Positions 9,300 through 18,591 of a stretch of DNA of 61,280 nt are shown here, piece by piece. The DNA lies in the IMG/VR virus record IMGVR_UViG_3300037483_001128, positions 1 to 61,280 of that record; one strand, written 5' to 3'. Positions within the stretch are counted from its first letter, which is position 1. Every line of letters starts with the position of its first letter. The position numbers and the translations under genes were made by a program. This DNA is from a virus. Taxonomy: Duplodnaviria; Caudoviricetes. Below the pieces are notes generated by a model. The model had not been told where the DNA came from, ran no database searches, and saw nothing but the letters and a program-made list of their open reading frames with translations.

Positions 9300-11596
9300 G
9301 TATTAGGATCTCCCGATGTCGATTTGTTCTTCGCTTCGTCGTGTTTCAACAGGGTTTCTGTGGACTTGTTGGTCTCTCGCAAGGCCGCAGTTTCTCGAAT
9401 AGTTTTGTCTTTGCGAATCGCGATATCCAGGGTCGCTTCTATCTGGGATAAAGTCATTTTTTCTTTCAGGGCCAGTTCGGCGAAAGCCAGTTCGCGTTTG
9501 TCTTCACGTTCTGCTTCGTCTTTGCTTTTTTGCCATTCAAATTTTGCGGTGTCTAATTCAAGCTGCTTCAACTTCACCTGAACTTCGGGTGGGATTTGTT
9601 CTTCTTCGGGTGGCAGTTCCTCTTCGGGGACCAAAAAGCGCCGACCATCGGAATATCCGACGAAACTGAAAATCTCTTTACCTATTTCTTCTTCCATCAG
9701 CCGGCGTTGCAGTCTGGGATACTGCGCAATGGTATTCAGAGCCAACGTCAATTTTTCGACTTTGAATGCTGGATTGGTATTGCCCATGCCAACATTTATC
9801 TTGATGACCAGGTTATCTTCGGTGACGAAATCCGCAGGTGCTTTACCTGCAGTGCGCAATTTTTCGATCAACTTGGCTCGAGCGCCCGCGATAGCCAGCA
9901 CAACTTCATCGGTCTCATAGTGTTGAATAAGTTTCGCGATATCCTGACAAACCGGTTGCATCCAGGTTTCGATAAACAAATCAATGCTCATTTCCTGGAC
10001 TGAGTTCGCCCCCGAACTTGCCAGATTGGCGGTCCCCACCTGACCAGCGATTTTCGGATTCGCCGCCATAGTACCTGCAGAAAAATTACCTGCCAGTTCA
10101 TCGTACTCATTTGATAATCGGTCCTGTTCGGTATAGGACGACGCGGTAACATCGTTGGTCTCAACGACCTTGACGTCTTCCGGATCGTCGACCAGGACAC
10201 CCCCACCGGGAACATTACGCATCAAGGCTTTCAGATCGATGGCGCCCTGTTTTTGCCTCTTGATGAAATAACGCTTGTTCAGCGCCAAGCCGACGTTATC
10301 GCGTCGCTGATTCGTAATTTCATTGATTCCTTCCTGCAGGGGCGCCCCCATTTCTACCGCAGAAGACGGATAGGTGCGGTGGGCTTCAAGATTGGAAAAT
10401 CCAACGCGATACATGTGTCGACCAAGTATCGACACTTCACTGACCGGCACCGGAATCGTCAACGCGCAAGCCGAGCCGAGAGACCAGAAAATCCAGTCTA
10501 TTCCATCTTCTCGCAGGATATTGATACGAACGTACACAGGTGCGTATTCGTCACCGGTGAACTGGTCCGTCGGTTTCTGACGCTGACGCCCGGCGCGTGC
10601 TTGTTGTGTAGACTCATCCTGGGTGGAAATGGCTTCGCGGCCGGCAATCAGAATTTTTGCTTTGTCGACTCTTCGCCAGAACGGGCGCCCGGTTTTATCG
10701 TCGACGATCGACATCATTTCTTCGACGTCACTTACTGACATTGGGACGTCTTCAATCAGAAAAGGACTTGTGCCGACCACGTCACGCCAATCCGCGTTCA
10801 CATCGAAACGAAACAGTTCCGGTTGAATATGTGCGATCCATGGTCGATCCATCAAGACCTGTTGCGTGTCCTCGCGCGTGGCTTGTACCGCACCAGTTTC
10901 GTCCAACACCGGCCGGTTATTCTCGTCAAACTCGATGACATAGTGTGAGTCGATACGAGTGCGGTATTGCCATTCTTGACGTGATACACAGATGCCAAAA
11001 ATATTGGTGTCTTGCCAGGCGCCCAGAACCGTCAGTTTCCACGGAATCGTATTTTCGAACCGGTATTGAACGAGTTCTTTGACAATACGTGCGGTGTCCT
11101 GAGCTTCGATATTGGACGGATCCTGGGCTTCAGCGGAAAGCATATCAAGATTTGTGAATACCGCAGCCCGCATCGCCGCCTCGCCGTTCTTGAGAGCTGC
11201 ACGAGTTTTGGGACGGAACAATTTTGATCGCCCCGTGTAGTCCGTTCGGTTGTATTTACTTCCTGACGCGTGCTCGCTACGGAACAACCTCAAATTATCA
11301 TCCCATCTGCGGCGAAGACTGGTATCGAGATAGTTCGTGGATTCTTCAAAACATTTACGGGAACGACTCAGAAAATAGGTAACTAACGCAGTTTCGTCCC
11401 CGGTGAGATCCGCGTACTCGTTGACGACCGCGGCGTCTTGCTCAGAGTCACCGACAGTAAAACTGGATGTATTGGCGATGTTGGGGTCTTCCCGTTTCGG
11501 AAACTTGTCTTCGGGAAGTGACTGACTCGGGCTACTGTGCGTGAAGTCGCGCGGCGTGACCGGGCTGGAGGGATCTTCGAAAGTAGCTTTGACCAT
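9296..11596 (-). CDS. Portal protein
   Basis: 766 aa; RSKLFRPKTR and LQEGINEITNQRRDNV motifs, C-terminal coiled barrel; follows the terminase. Confidence 0.88.
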   Translation of the reverse strand: MVKATFEDPSSPVTPRDFTHSSPSQSLPEDKFPKREDPNIANTSSFTVGDSEQDAAVVNEYADLTGDETALVTYFLSRSRKCFEESTNYLDTSLRRRWDDNLRLFRSEHASGSKYNRTDYTGRSKLFRPKTRAALKNGEAAMRAAVFTNLDMLSAEAQDPSNIEAQDTARIVKELVQYRFENTIPWKLTVLGAWQDTNIFGICVSRQEWQYRTRIDSHYVIEFDENNRPVLDETGAVQATREDTQQVLMDRPWIAHIQPELFRFDVNADWRDVVGTSPFLIEDVPMSVSDVEEMMSIVDDKTGRPFWRRVDKAKILIAGREAISTQDESTQQARAGRQRQKPTDQFTGDEYAPVYVRINILREDGIDWIFWSLGSACALTIPVPVSEVSILGRHMYRVGFSNLEAHRTYPSSAVEMGAPLQEGINEITNQRRDNVGLALNKRYFIKRQKQGAIDLKALMRNVPGGGVLVDDPEDVKVVETNDVTASSYTEQDRLSNEYDELAGNFSAGTMAANPKIAGQVGTANLASSGANSVQEMSIDLFIETWMQPVCQDIAKLIQHYETDEVVLAIAGARAKLIEKLRTAGKAPADFVTEDNLVIKINVGMGNTNPAFKVEKLTLALNTIAQYPRLQRRLMEEEIGKEIFSFVGYSDGRRFLVPEEELPPEEEQIPPEVQVKLKQLELDTAKFEWQKSKDEAEREDKRELAFAELALKEKMTLSQIEATLDIAIRKDKTIRETAALRETNKSTETLLKHDEAKNKSTSGDPNT

Positions 11597-11597
11597 T

Positions 11598-12008
11598 TTA
11601 CGATACCAGTTCGCCCGCGTCAGAACCCTTCACCTGGCCGAAAACGTCGGTCGGCAAACTCTTTAGATCAGACTCGGTCGTTCCCCGGCGTCCGATATTG
11701 AATCGTTCGAGCAGTTCTCCGCCCGCTTTCATGGCTTCGTGTTCCAATTCCGGAATGCTGGGCGGAATCCGGATGACCATACCGTACTTTAATGAGATTT
11801 TCGGGACCTGAATATACACAGTCGCACCGGATCGTTCCACCCGTACCGTCACTTTCCACGATACTCCAGGATAGTGGGTCACAAGTACGGGACCCACTAT
11901 ACCGGCGTAAAAATTCTGGGCTTGCGCCGCAGCTTTCTCAAAAGGAGTTTCGGGATTCTGACCCATTTCGAGACGGGTAATTTGTCCGATCGAAGGAATG
12001 TGAATCAT
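11598..12008 (-). CDS. Hypothetical protein
   Basis: 136-aa ORF coupled between TerL and portal. Confidence 0.7.
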   Translation of the reverse strand: MIHIPSIGQITRLEMGQNPETPFEKAAAQAQNFYAGIVGPVLVTHYPGVSWKVTVRVERSGATVYIQVPKISLKYGMVIRIPPSIPELEHEAMKAGGELLERFNIGRRGTTESDLKSLPTDVFGQVKGSDAGELVS

Positions 12009-13603
12009 AAGTCGGGCTCGAAAGATCCAGAATTTTGTCCGCGAGCATCCATCGGCACGTAGACCTCGGCAAAGGTCAAAAACAGGCTTTCGACGCGATC
12101 GGGGGACGATAGTTTCTTGATGTTCTTGATAACGTCTTTACTGTCGATATCCAACTGGTGCTTGAGTTTCGTGAATTCGTATTCAACACAGGTCATTTGC
12201 TCGGCGAGATCAGGGTCATCAATGATGTCCGCTCCGGCGTCCAGCCACTCTTTTCCGCGCACCCATATTTCCACACGCTTGTTGTAGTATAGCGGGTCTT
12301 CCGCGGACTTGCCTACGTTTACGTCAATGACCGGATAGCCAAGCATGTTCAAATAGTCGACGACACCGGCACCGAGACCGATGCCATCGACAAAAATAGC
12401 CCCCATCGGGCGTCCCTGGGCGCGGTACTCGTTGTACATGGCTGCAACCTGCGCGCCGAGTTGCATGTTGTCCAAGCCGCGAAAAGCCTTCATCGCGACA
12501 TGCTTGCGGCCCTGCCGGGCCGATATCACGGACTCGTCATCGCCGAATCGGGCCGGATCGCATCCAATGTGCAGATGCTGGTAGATGTAGTCTGACTCCG
12601 GCAGTTTTCGGGCGCGTGCTGCATTCACCGCCTCGGTACTGATCAACTGATTGGACGCACGATGTGGGAACTCGCCGCGGACGCGGACCCGGAAAAAGTC
12701 GGAATCTTCGCCGTAGTCCTGCGCCCATTTTCTGAACTCCTCCTTGTTCGTCATTTTGCAGCGCCGCGCATCGATATTGCGCGTGGTCCAACGATGCTTC
12801 ATCTTGTGGAAGCACTCGTGAAATGAGCCGGTATTCTGTGTCGGGTTGCCAAAAACGAACCACATGGCGCGTGGTGTGGTCATGGCACCGTTGGCGACGT
12901 CGAAGATAATATCCGCGATGCCGGAACCTTCATCCATGATCATCAAAACGTGTTGTGCGTGCAAACCGGCGAATGCCTCGGAGTTGTGCTCGGTCCACGG
13001 AATCGCATCGATGCCCCAGGTGTCCGGATTATCGACCTGATAAAACCGGGTCGCCGTCCACTTGAACCAGTGTTGGTTGATCGCGCGCTTGTGCCACAAA
13101 GAAAGCTCACGCCAGGTTTTGGACTTCAACTGGGTCTGTGTATTGGCGGTTACCCATCCGGCAAGGTCGCGCCGGGTCGACATGGCCCACAAGATAATCC
13201 AGGCAACCTCCGTGCTCTTGCCGATCCCGTGACCAGAGGCTGTTGCGTCGCGAATCGTCCCGAGAGGATCCGTCTGGACCTTGTTGGCGATGAGCATCAG
13301 CTGGTCCCGCTGCCAAATGTCGGGTCCGGTCTCGTTCTCAAGAGCACTTCCTTTTTTGCCCCAGGGAAACGCATACATGACGAAGCCATAGGGATCGTCG
13401 TAGAACTGGGCGATGTCTTCGGCCAACTGTGTATCGAAACTGGCCCTGACGCTGGATTTCCCGGCGCCTGTAGTGAGGGGAACACCCGGTGCGTGGTGAA
13501 AGGGCCGCGCTTTGGTCGGGATCTGATGTTGATTTGGACTAGTCAAGAATGTCGTCCTGTTGTCCGGGCTCGACGCCGCGCGATGGCTGCCGGGCCACGC
13601 CAT
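12005..13603 (-). CDS. terL: Terminase large subunit
   Basis: SGHGIGKS Walker A, MIMDE Walker B, GNP coupling motif, GCDPARFGDD and SPD nuclease motifs. The start is uncertain and overlaps the end of TerS. Confidence 0.95.
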   Translation of the reverse strand: MAWPGSHRAASSPDNRTTFLTSPNQHQIPTKARPFHHAPGVPLTTGAGKSSVRASFDTQLAEDIAQFYDDPYGFVMYAFPWGKKGSALENETGPDIWQRDQLMLIANKVQTDPLGTIRDATASGHGIGKSTEVAWIILWAMSTRRDLAGWVTANTQTQLKSKTWRELSLWHKRAINQHWFKWTATRFYQVDNPDTWGIDAIPWTEHNSEAFAGLHAQHVLMIMDEGSGIADIIFDVANGAMTTPRAMWFVFGNPTQNTGSFHECFHKMKHRWTTRNIDARRCKMTNKEEFRKWAQDYGEDSDFFRVRVRGEFPHRASNQLISTEAVNAARARKLPESDYIYQHLHIGCDPARFGDDESVISARQGRKHVAMKAFRGLDNMQLGAQVAAMYNEYRAQGRPMGAIFVDGIGLGAGVVDYLNMLGYPVIDVNVGKSAEDPLYYNKRVEIWVRGKEWLDAGADIIDDPDLAEQMTCVEYEFTKLKHQLDIDSKDVIKNIKKLSSPDRVESLFLTFAEVYVPMDARGQNSGSFEPDL

Positions 13604-14246
13604 TTATCCCATCGCCGTAGGCTGCCGTGGTTGTGTCGGCGTCAGTGTCGAGACGTGTGAATTGGCCCTCGATCACCCGATTCTCCACACGCTGCCGCGC
13701 GGCCTCCAACTGCTCGATCAGTCCGTCTCCGCTTTGCAACTCCACAACCTCTTTGAACGCCTGGACATCAACGTGCTTGCCGACCAACTCGAGCGCGCGC
13801 AGCGCCGCGATCGGCATGAAAGGCCCGAGTTTTGGGGTGTTGTTCTTGTCCAGAATGTTCCGGTCCTGATTGCATTTCTCGAAGACCTCCCGGGCTTTGT
13901 CCAGTACCCACTTGGCGGTGGTGAGCCGGGTTGCCTGAATGGCATGAACGAGTTGACCGTTCAGAGCGTCGACGACGGCCGGAATCGCAAAGAGCGCCAT
14001 GACCTGCATGTGAAGTTCGTCGTGGATGTTCTCACGAGGACCGGTCAGCAGAGCCCGCAAGTCCGGGTCCGTATTGGAGGCCAAAAGACACTGATGCACT
14101 GCAGCATGCGGGTCCAGAAGCTCGAGATAGACCTGCATGAACGCCTGCGGGTCCACCGGCGCCGTTTTCAGTTTGCGACGCGCCAGGCGGTCCAGTCTGC
14201 CGAGACTCGATCCGTCAGGAGCTGTGATGGCGATTTGCTGATTCAT
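13539..14246 (-). CDS. terS: Terminase small subunit
   Basis: Directly upstream of TerL; ALRALELVGKHVDVQAFKE is typical of a TerS C-terminus. Confidence 0.8.
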   Translation of the reverse strand: MNQQIAITAPDGSSLGRLDRLARRKLKTAPVDPQAFMQVYLELLDPHAAVHQCLLASNTDPDLRALLTGPRENIHDELHMQVMALFAIPAVVDALNGQLVHAIQATRLTTAKWVLDKAREVFEKCNQDRNILDKNNTPKLGPFMPIAALRALELVGKHVDVQAFKEVVELQSGDGLIEQLEAARQRVENRVIEGQFTRLDTDADTTTAAYGDGINGVARQPSRGVEPGQQDDILD

Positions 14247-14449
14247 CGGTTGTTGGCCGGACAGGTGTTGCGTTTCGAATGGTAGGCCAGCGTGACGAGC
14301 GTCGGCGGGGTACCCCGGTGCGGCGAAACGCGGTCGCGCCGGATTTGGGGTGTAAGCCGGCGCGTAGCGGCTGTTTCAGTCGAAACTCCTTGCGGGATCT
14401 TCTGGATATGACCGCCGCGCGCCAGGAACTGTTCAACCGTTTCAGCCAT
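14243..14449 (-). CDS. SutA RNAP-binding-domain-like small protein (68 aa)
   Basis: EQFLARGGHIQKI resembles Pseudomonas SutA EEFLSRGGKVQEI (recalled); ATGA-coupled to terS. Confidence 0.6.
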   Translation of the reverse strand: MAETVEQFLARGGHIQKIPQGVSTETAATRRLTPQIRRDRVSPHRGTPPTLVTLAYHSKRNTCPANNR

Positions 14450-14587
14450 AAGGGACCCCGGCCCGCGCGCCTGACTCTCCCCACTGCTGGCGCACCCTGC
14501 AAGGACAGTCAGGGTGCCGGGCATATCGGGGGGAAAGCGTACCGGTAACCAGCCGGCGCGGCGACGAAAAGGTGATGGGGGCCATCA

Positions 14588-14764
14588 TCAGTCGTCCGAA
14601 TGCTCAGAGACGTGCGGGCCGGGGATATCTAAGGTGCGGTCCGCTTTCCGCGGACCCGCCGACCACTCGTAGGGGTCGTGGTAGACGGGTTTGTCCCCAC
14701 CGACCCTGCGCAAGAGGTCGTAAATGTTTGTTGTCGTGAACTGAGGTCTGTCGCTGTTGGCCAT
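14588..14764 (-). CDS. Small hypothetical protein (58 aa, not in track)
   Basis: G-rich RBS-like run then MANSDRPQFTTTNIYDLLRRVGGDKP... Confidence 0.4.
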   Translation of the reverse strand: MANSDRPQFTTTNIYDLLRRVGGDKPVYHDPYEWSAGPRKADRTLDIPGPHVSEHSDD

Positions 14765-14973
14765 TTGTACACCCCCCGTTTTTGCTTGCGAAATGTTGCA
14801 TGCCGGAGCACGCGGTCCGCAATATCGGACTCATCCCGCCAGTTGGTCAGCTGCATTCTGTATTGTTTGCGCAGGCGTTGCAAGAAGCGGGTGAGCTTCT
14901 GCAGATAGATCAAGGGATCGCCCGGATCGTGAGGCAGATGCACCCCGGTCAAGTCGCGAGGGACGTGAGGAAG

Positions 14974-14989
14974 TGTTTCACGTGGAACA
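14974..14989. promoter_or_regulatory. parS: parS centromere-like site
   Basis: TGTTTCACGTGGAACA (reverse complement TGTTCCACGTGAAACA) matches the bacterial chromosomal parS consensus at 16/16. Confidence 0.85.
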
Positions 14990-15105
14990 TCTGATATTCG
15001 CTTGCTTTTCATGTCCAGGGCTGACGCGGGTCGTGGATCGCTGGAGTTCCGCAGCCCAGTGTAAGCGCTTGTTCGGTTGTCGCGCAAATGTTTTTCAGCG
15101 GCGCG

Positions 15106-15190
15106 CAATTATTTGGTGCTGGTATTGTCAAGTGCATAATCGCCAATTATTTGGTGCTGGTATTGTCAAGTGCATAATCGCCAATTATTT
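15106..15190. repeat. Perfect 38-bp tandem duplication (2.2 copies) containing TTGACA on the minus strand
   Basis: CAATTATTTGGTGCTGGTATTGTCAAGTGCATAATCGC at 15106 and 15144, with a partial copy at 15182. Confidence 0.95.
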
Positions 15191-15256
15191 TGGGATCGCG
15201 AAACTGACTTGAAAGCCCCAGATACGGGGCTCGGAAGAGCCGTATTGAAGAGGTTT

Positions 15257-15376
15257 TTCGATAGCTGAATTAAGGGGTGTTTCGATAGCTGAATTAAGGG
15301 GTGCTTCGATAACCGAATTAAGGGGTGTTTCGATAACCGAATTAAGGGGTATTTCGATAACCGAATTAAGGGGTGA
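15257..15376. repeat. 5 x 24-bp tandem repeat, each unit with a TTCG-N5-(C/T)GAA palindrome
   Basis: TTCGATA(GCT/ACC)GAATTAAGGGGTNN at 15257, 15281, 15305, 15329 and 15353. Confidence 0.95.
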
Positions 15377-15512
15377 TGTAGTGTCAGAATGTGTCAATAC
15401 CTACAGAATATCCGCGAAGCCCGGCCGCCTGAAAAGTGAAAAGTGGGTCTGCCGGTCGCGTCCAGGCGGCACTGAAACCCCAAATATGGAACCTTAATTT
15501 ACCCCTATGATC

Positions 15513-16172
15513 TGTGTCACTGTAGTCGTGGGACACAAAACAGAATGATGATTCTGTTTTCCGCCCTTCCGGGCCTGTCCCGGACACTGTGTCACTGCGT
15601 ACGCTCTAACTATTTTCAAGCCTGCGCGCCCAAACCAGGGCGGGGCTGGGCGTCGCCCGAAATTGACCGTCTCGGGCATTCGAATGCCGTTTTTTGAAAT
15701 GTGCAAATATAGTGCAATAGAAACCACATACTCCGCAGGGTTATTAAGTGCTTGAATTACTAGGGAACTCACTCACGAAAAACAGGGTTTTGGAACGTCC
15801 GTTAATGCTATATAAATCAGGCAGTTACGATTATTCGATACCCGTATCAATTGCGGACCGGGGATAATCCCTATATAAATCAATACGCAAAGTACTTTGC
15901 GGAACAATGTAGCCCTGTTTCTAACACCACCTGGAAAAAATTACATTAAAAATTTTTCCGGGAAAGTTTTGGAGGCCCTTCTTTTTTCGATTTCCCGCAG
16001 TGACACACCTATTTTACCATTGATTTATAAAGGAACGATCTCAATACCCACAGAAAAATTGTGGAATCCAAACTATTGAAATTTCGTGAAACACCTTTCG
16101 CTCACAGTGACACAGTGACGTTCCCTGAAAAATCAAGGACTTACACGACACTACCTTTATAAGTGCTTGATT
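15513..16172. other. Putative replication origin or packaging-initiation region
   Basis: AT-rich and probably non-coding. TGTGTCACTG at 15513 and 15588 faces CAGTGACACA at 15998 and 16105. CTATATAAATCA occurs twice. IHF consensus WATCAANNNNTTR at 16131-16143 (+) and 16160-16172 (-). Confidence 0.55.
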
Positions 16173-16340
16173 TTGTGAGGAACTAATATTTGTGGCACAG
16201 GACTTGCATAACCCGATTTATCACCCCCCGTCAGACCCGCAGACACGCAGGCATCCGCCTGAAACCCCCTCCATTTCAGGCCACCAGACAATCAATTGTG
16301 CAAATAAAAAGGATTTATTCGAAATCCGATTAAAAAACGC

Positions 16341-16370
16341 TTGACAGACTATTCGGTTGCCGAATTTAAT
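16341..16370 (+). promoter_or_regulatory. Sigma70-type early promoter with an operator-like palindrome in the spacer
   Basis: TTGACA-N18-TTTAAT with an A-rich upstream element; TTCGGTTGCCGAA at 16352-16364. Confidence 0.7.
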
Positions 16371-16444
16371 CACGCGCAGGTACCCGCGCCCTATAACGCA
16401 CGAGTGCCAAACACTCACTCAATCAACACAACGGAGCATCTATT

Positions 16445-17188
16445 ATGCAGAACCCTGTCAACAACGACCACGACCACGACCACGACCACACGACCGCGCG
16501 CATCCTGGCGCGGGAATTCTGCCGCCTCATACGCGCCGAACTGACGCCCGCTGAACTGGCGCATGTGCTGGACCTGAACCGAAACGAGGATGATGCAAAC
16601 GTCTGCCACACACACGACGCATGCGATGCGAACATGGTAATGCTGGACGCATGGCAGAACACCTTTGGCACGCGCCCTGTCGCGCTGGACGCCACGGAAG
16701 AGGCGGCCGTGTGGGATGAGGCATGGCGCCTCGCCAAGGCCGCAGAATTTGATCCTGAGAACGTCCACACGCACCACCAGCAAGACGCGCACGCGCATCT
16801 GTGCGCCCAGTTCGGAGCGTATGCCGAGCACACGCCCGGCTTCCGGGCGCTGGACCCGGAAATACGAACGAGCCTGATCAGTGAGGCGCACCGATTGATT
16901 GCGGAGCAGGTGACGCGCCATCATGGCATCCACGGCGAGCTGCCCTGTCTGCTGGTGGACTTCGACATCCTGTATCGCGACGCACACGAGGGGGCACTGC
17001 AACGGAACAGCACGCATGCATTGACGCTCGAACTGCTCAATTGGGAAACCCGGCACGGCTTCACACACGTACCGACGCCCAGCGAGAGACTGGCCGGGGG
17101 CGCCCTGTGCGTCCTCCATCGCGAGTATTTGCTTGCGTTCAACGAGCGCTGGACGCGCGCCGAGCGGCGGGAGCAGGACAGCAAATGA
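16445..17188 (+). CDS. Early hypothetical protein
   Basis: GGAG RBS; first ORF after the promoter; His/Asp-repeat N-terminus and a CHTHDACDAN motif. Confidence 0.75.
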   Translation: MQNPVNNDHDHDHDHTTARILAREFCRLIRAELTPAELAHVLDLNRNEDDANVCHTHDACDANMVMLDAWQNTFGTRPVALDATEEAAVWDEAWRLAKAAEFDPENVHTHHQQDAHAHLCAQFGAYAEHTPGFRALDPEIRTSLISEAHRLIAEQVTRHHGIHGELPCLLVDFDILYRDAHEGALQRNSTHALTLELLNWETRHGFTHVPTPSERLAGGALCVLHREYLLAFNERWTRAERREQDSK

Positions 17189-17670
17189 GAATTAAACACA
17201 CTGGAACCATCCGTATTGTTTCGTCTGGCTACAGCGACCGGTTCCCCATGAGCCGCACGTGGTACGAAATAGAGCGCGAGGGGGTCACGTATCGCATCGA
17301 TGGCGATGTTTTTGACGCTGCCCGGGCGTGGCTCACTCTGTCTGAATGCGAGATAACCCCTGACGCACTCGTAGAGGCCTGTAAAATGATTCGCCGATTG
17401 CCCCTCACGCTGTTCGGCACCGCCAGATACGCAAACTCAACGACCACGGCACCTGTTTCCCACCACCTGAGCGCAGGTGTGGCGGTTGCCACAGGGTTTC
17501 CCACAATGACCCCGTGGGGGATAGATCAGGCCACGGCAGATGCAGCGAAACTCACCGCTCACGACTGGGCCGTGATCGCAACCGGGCTACGGGAGGTCAA
17601 TGAGCATCACGAGCGAATCGGCAAACCCGCAGTAAATTTTACGATCCCCGTGGCTGGCACGTCAGCCTAA
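17185..17670 (+). CDS. Early hypothetical protein
   Basis: ATGA overlap with the upstream gene (MRIKHTG). Confidence 0.65.
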   Translation: MRIKHTGTIRIVSSGYSDRFPMSRTWYEIEREGVTYRIDGDVFDAARAWLTLSECEITPDALVEACKMIRRLPLTLFGTARYANSTTTAPVSHHLSAGVAVATGFPTMTPWGIDQATADAAKLTAHDWAVIATGLREVNEHHERIGKPAVNFTIPVAGTSA

Positions 17671-17719
17671 GCACTCCCGCCCCTTCCCGGAGGGGCCATC
17701 AATAGAGGACTTAACAACG

Positions 17720-18541
17720 ATGAAATATCACGAAACCGCACCCACCAGACTGGCCCGATACCGAACACGGGCCGCAGAACACAACACGAAACACGGCAAG
17801 GGGCGCCCGGGACGTACTGTCACGTGGCGAGACTGTCGTCAATGGGAGACCAGGACGGCCAGGCCCAACAACACGCGCGGGCCGAAGGGCCAGATTTACA
17901 GCGATAGCGTCACCCAGTATGGCGACTCCGTGTCAGCCCCGCGCAGTTATGGCGGCCGATCGGTATTTGATATCACGGGCTACTATGCGGACCACTTGCA
18001 GAGTAACGTGATCCGCCCGCATGTGGTTCGCCTGCGCGGCGCGCGCGGCACGCTGTACATCCCGGTCACGGACTGCACAGGCTGGGAAGGCTCTGTACAT
18101 TACGTGCAGGAGGCTGAGTCCGTGCCGCGCGGCAGCGACCAGGACGCACACGATCAGGCCATCCGCGACGCCTGGCACACGGCACACAGAATTGCCGAAC
18201 GGGTGGCGGACGCCGAACAGGAGCACGACGCCCGGGAACAGGCGCAACAGGATATAGAGGATGCGCGCGACGCCATCCAGACGGCTCGCCAACAGGTGCG
18301 CGACCTGTGCCGGCAGTCGCGTCCCTGGCGCCGCCACTTGGGACGGCAACAGAGCCTGCCCGACATCCCGGACCCGCTACAGCCGCCTGTCGGCGGCAAT
18401 GGCACGGACGGGGCTGATCTGGGCGCACTGTGCGACGCCATCCGGGAGACGGTGCGCCGGCGCCTGGACGAGATCGCGCAGGCTCGCCGCGTCATTGCGG
18501 CGCGTACCGGCGATTTCTGGACATCCGTGCAGGACTCCTGA
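17720..18541 (+). CDS. Early hypothetical protein with coiled coil
   Basis: AGAGGA RBS; 273 aa. Confidence 0.75.
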   Translation: MKYHETAPTRLARYRTRAAEHNTKHGKGRPGRTVTWRDCRQWETRTARPNNTRGPKGQIYSDSVTQYGDSVSAPRSYGGRSVFDITGYYADHLQSNVIRPHVVRLRGARGTLYIPVTDCTGWEGSVHYVQEAESVPRGSDQDAHDQAIRDAWHTAHRIAERVADAEQEHDAREQAQQDIEDARDAIQTARQQVRDLCRQSRPWRRHLGRQQSLPDIPDPLQPPVGGNGTDGADLGALCDAIRETVRRRLDEIAQARRVIAARTGDFWTSVQDS

Positions 18542-18591
18542 CGCGGCCCCCACCACCACCACCACACAACAGAGACAGAGGACAAAAATCC

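Noticed and set aside
14629-15108. 159-aa minus-strand ORF containing parS
   Set aside because: No clear RBS or motif, and it overlaps a better-supported 58-aa ORF. Coding status is unresolved, so it is not called.
15257-15376. CRISPR array
   Set aside because: The units are contiguous with no unique spacers, and there is no cas operon. DUF2800 is a replication-module Cas4-like nuclease.
15185-15397. 70-aa ORF with PLNSVIE repeats
   Set aside because: TTG start with no RBS; the open frame is explained by the 24-bp repeat.
16085-16093. parS half-site CGTGAAACA
   Set aside because: Only half of the palindrome is present.
16462-16494. (GACCAC)n and nearby CAC-rich runs at 18550 and 22972
   Set aside because: These are short low-complexity microsatellites with no consistent extended motif.
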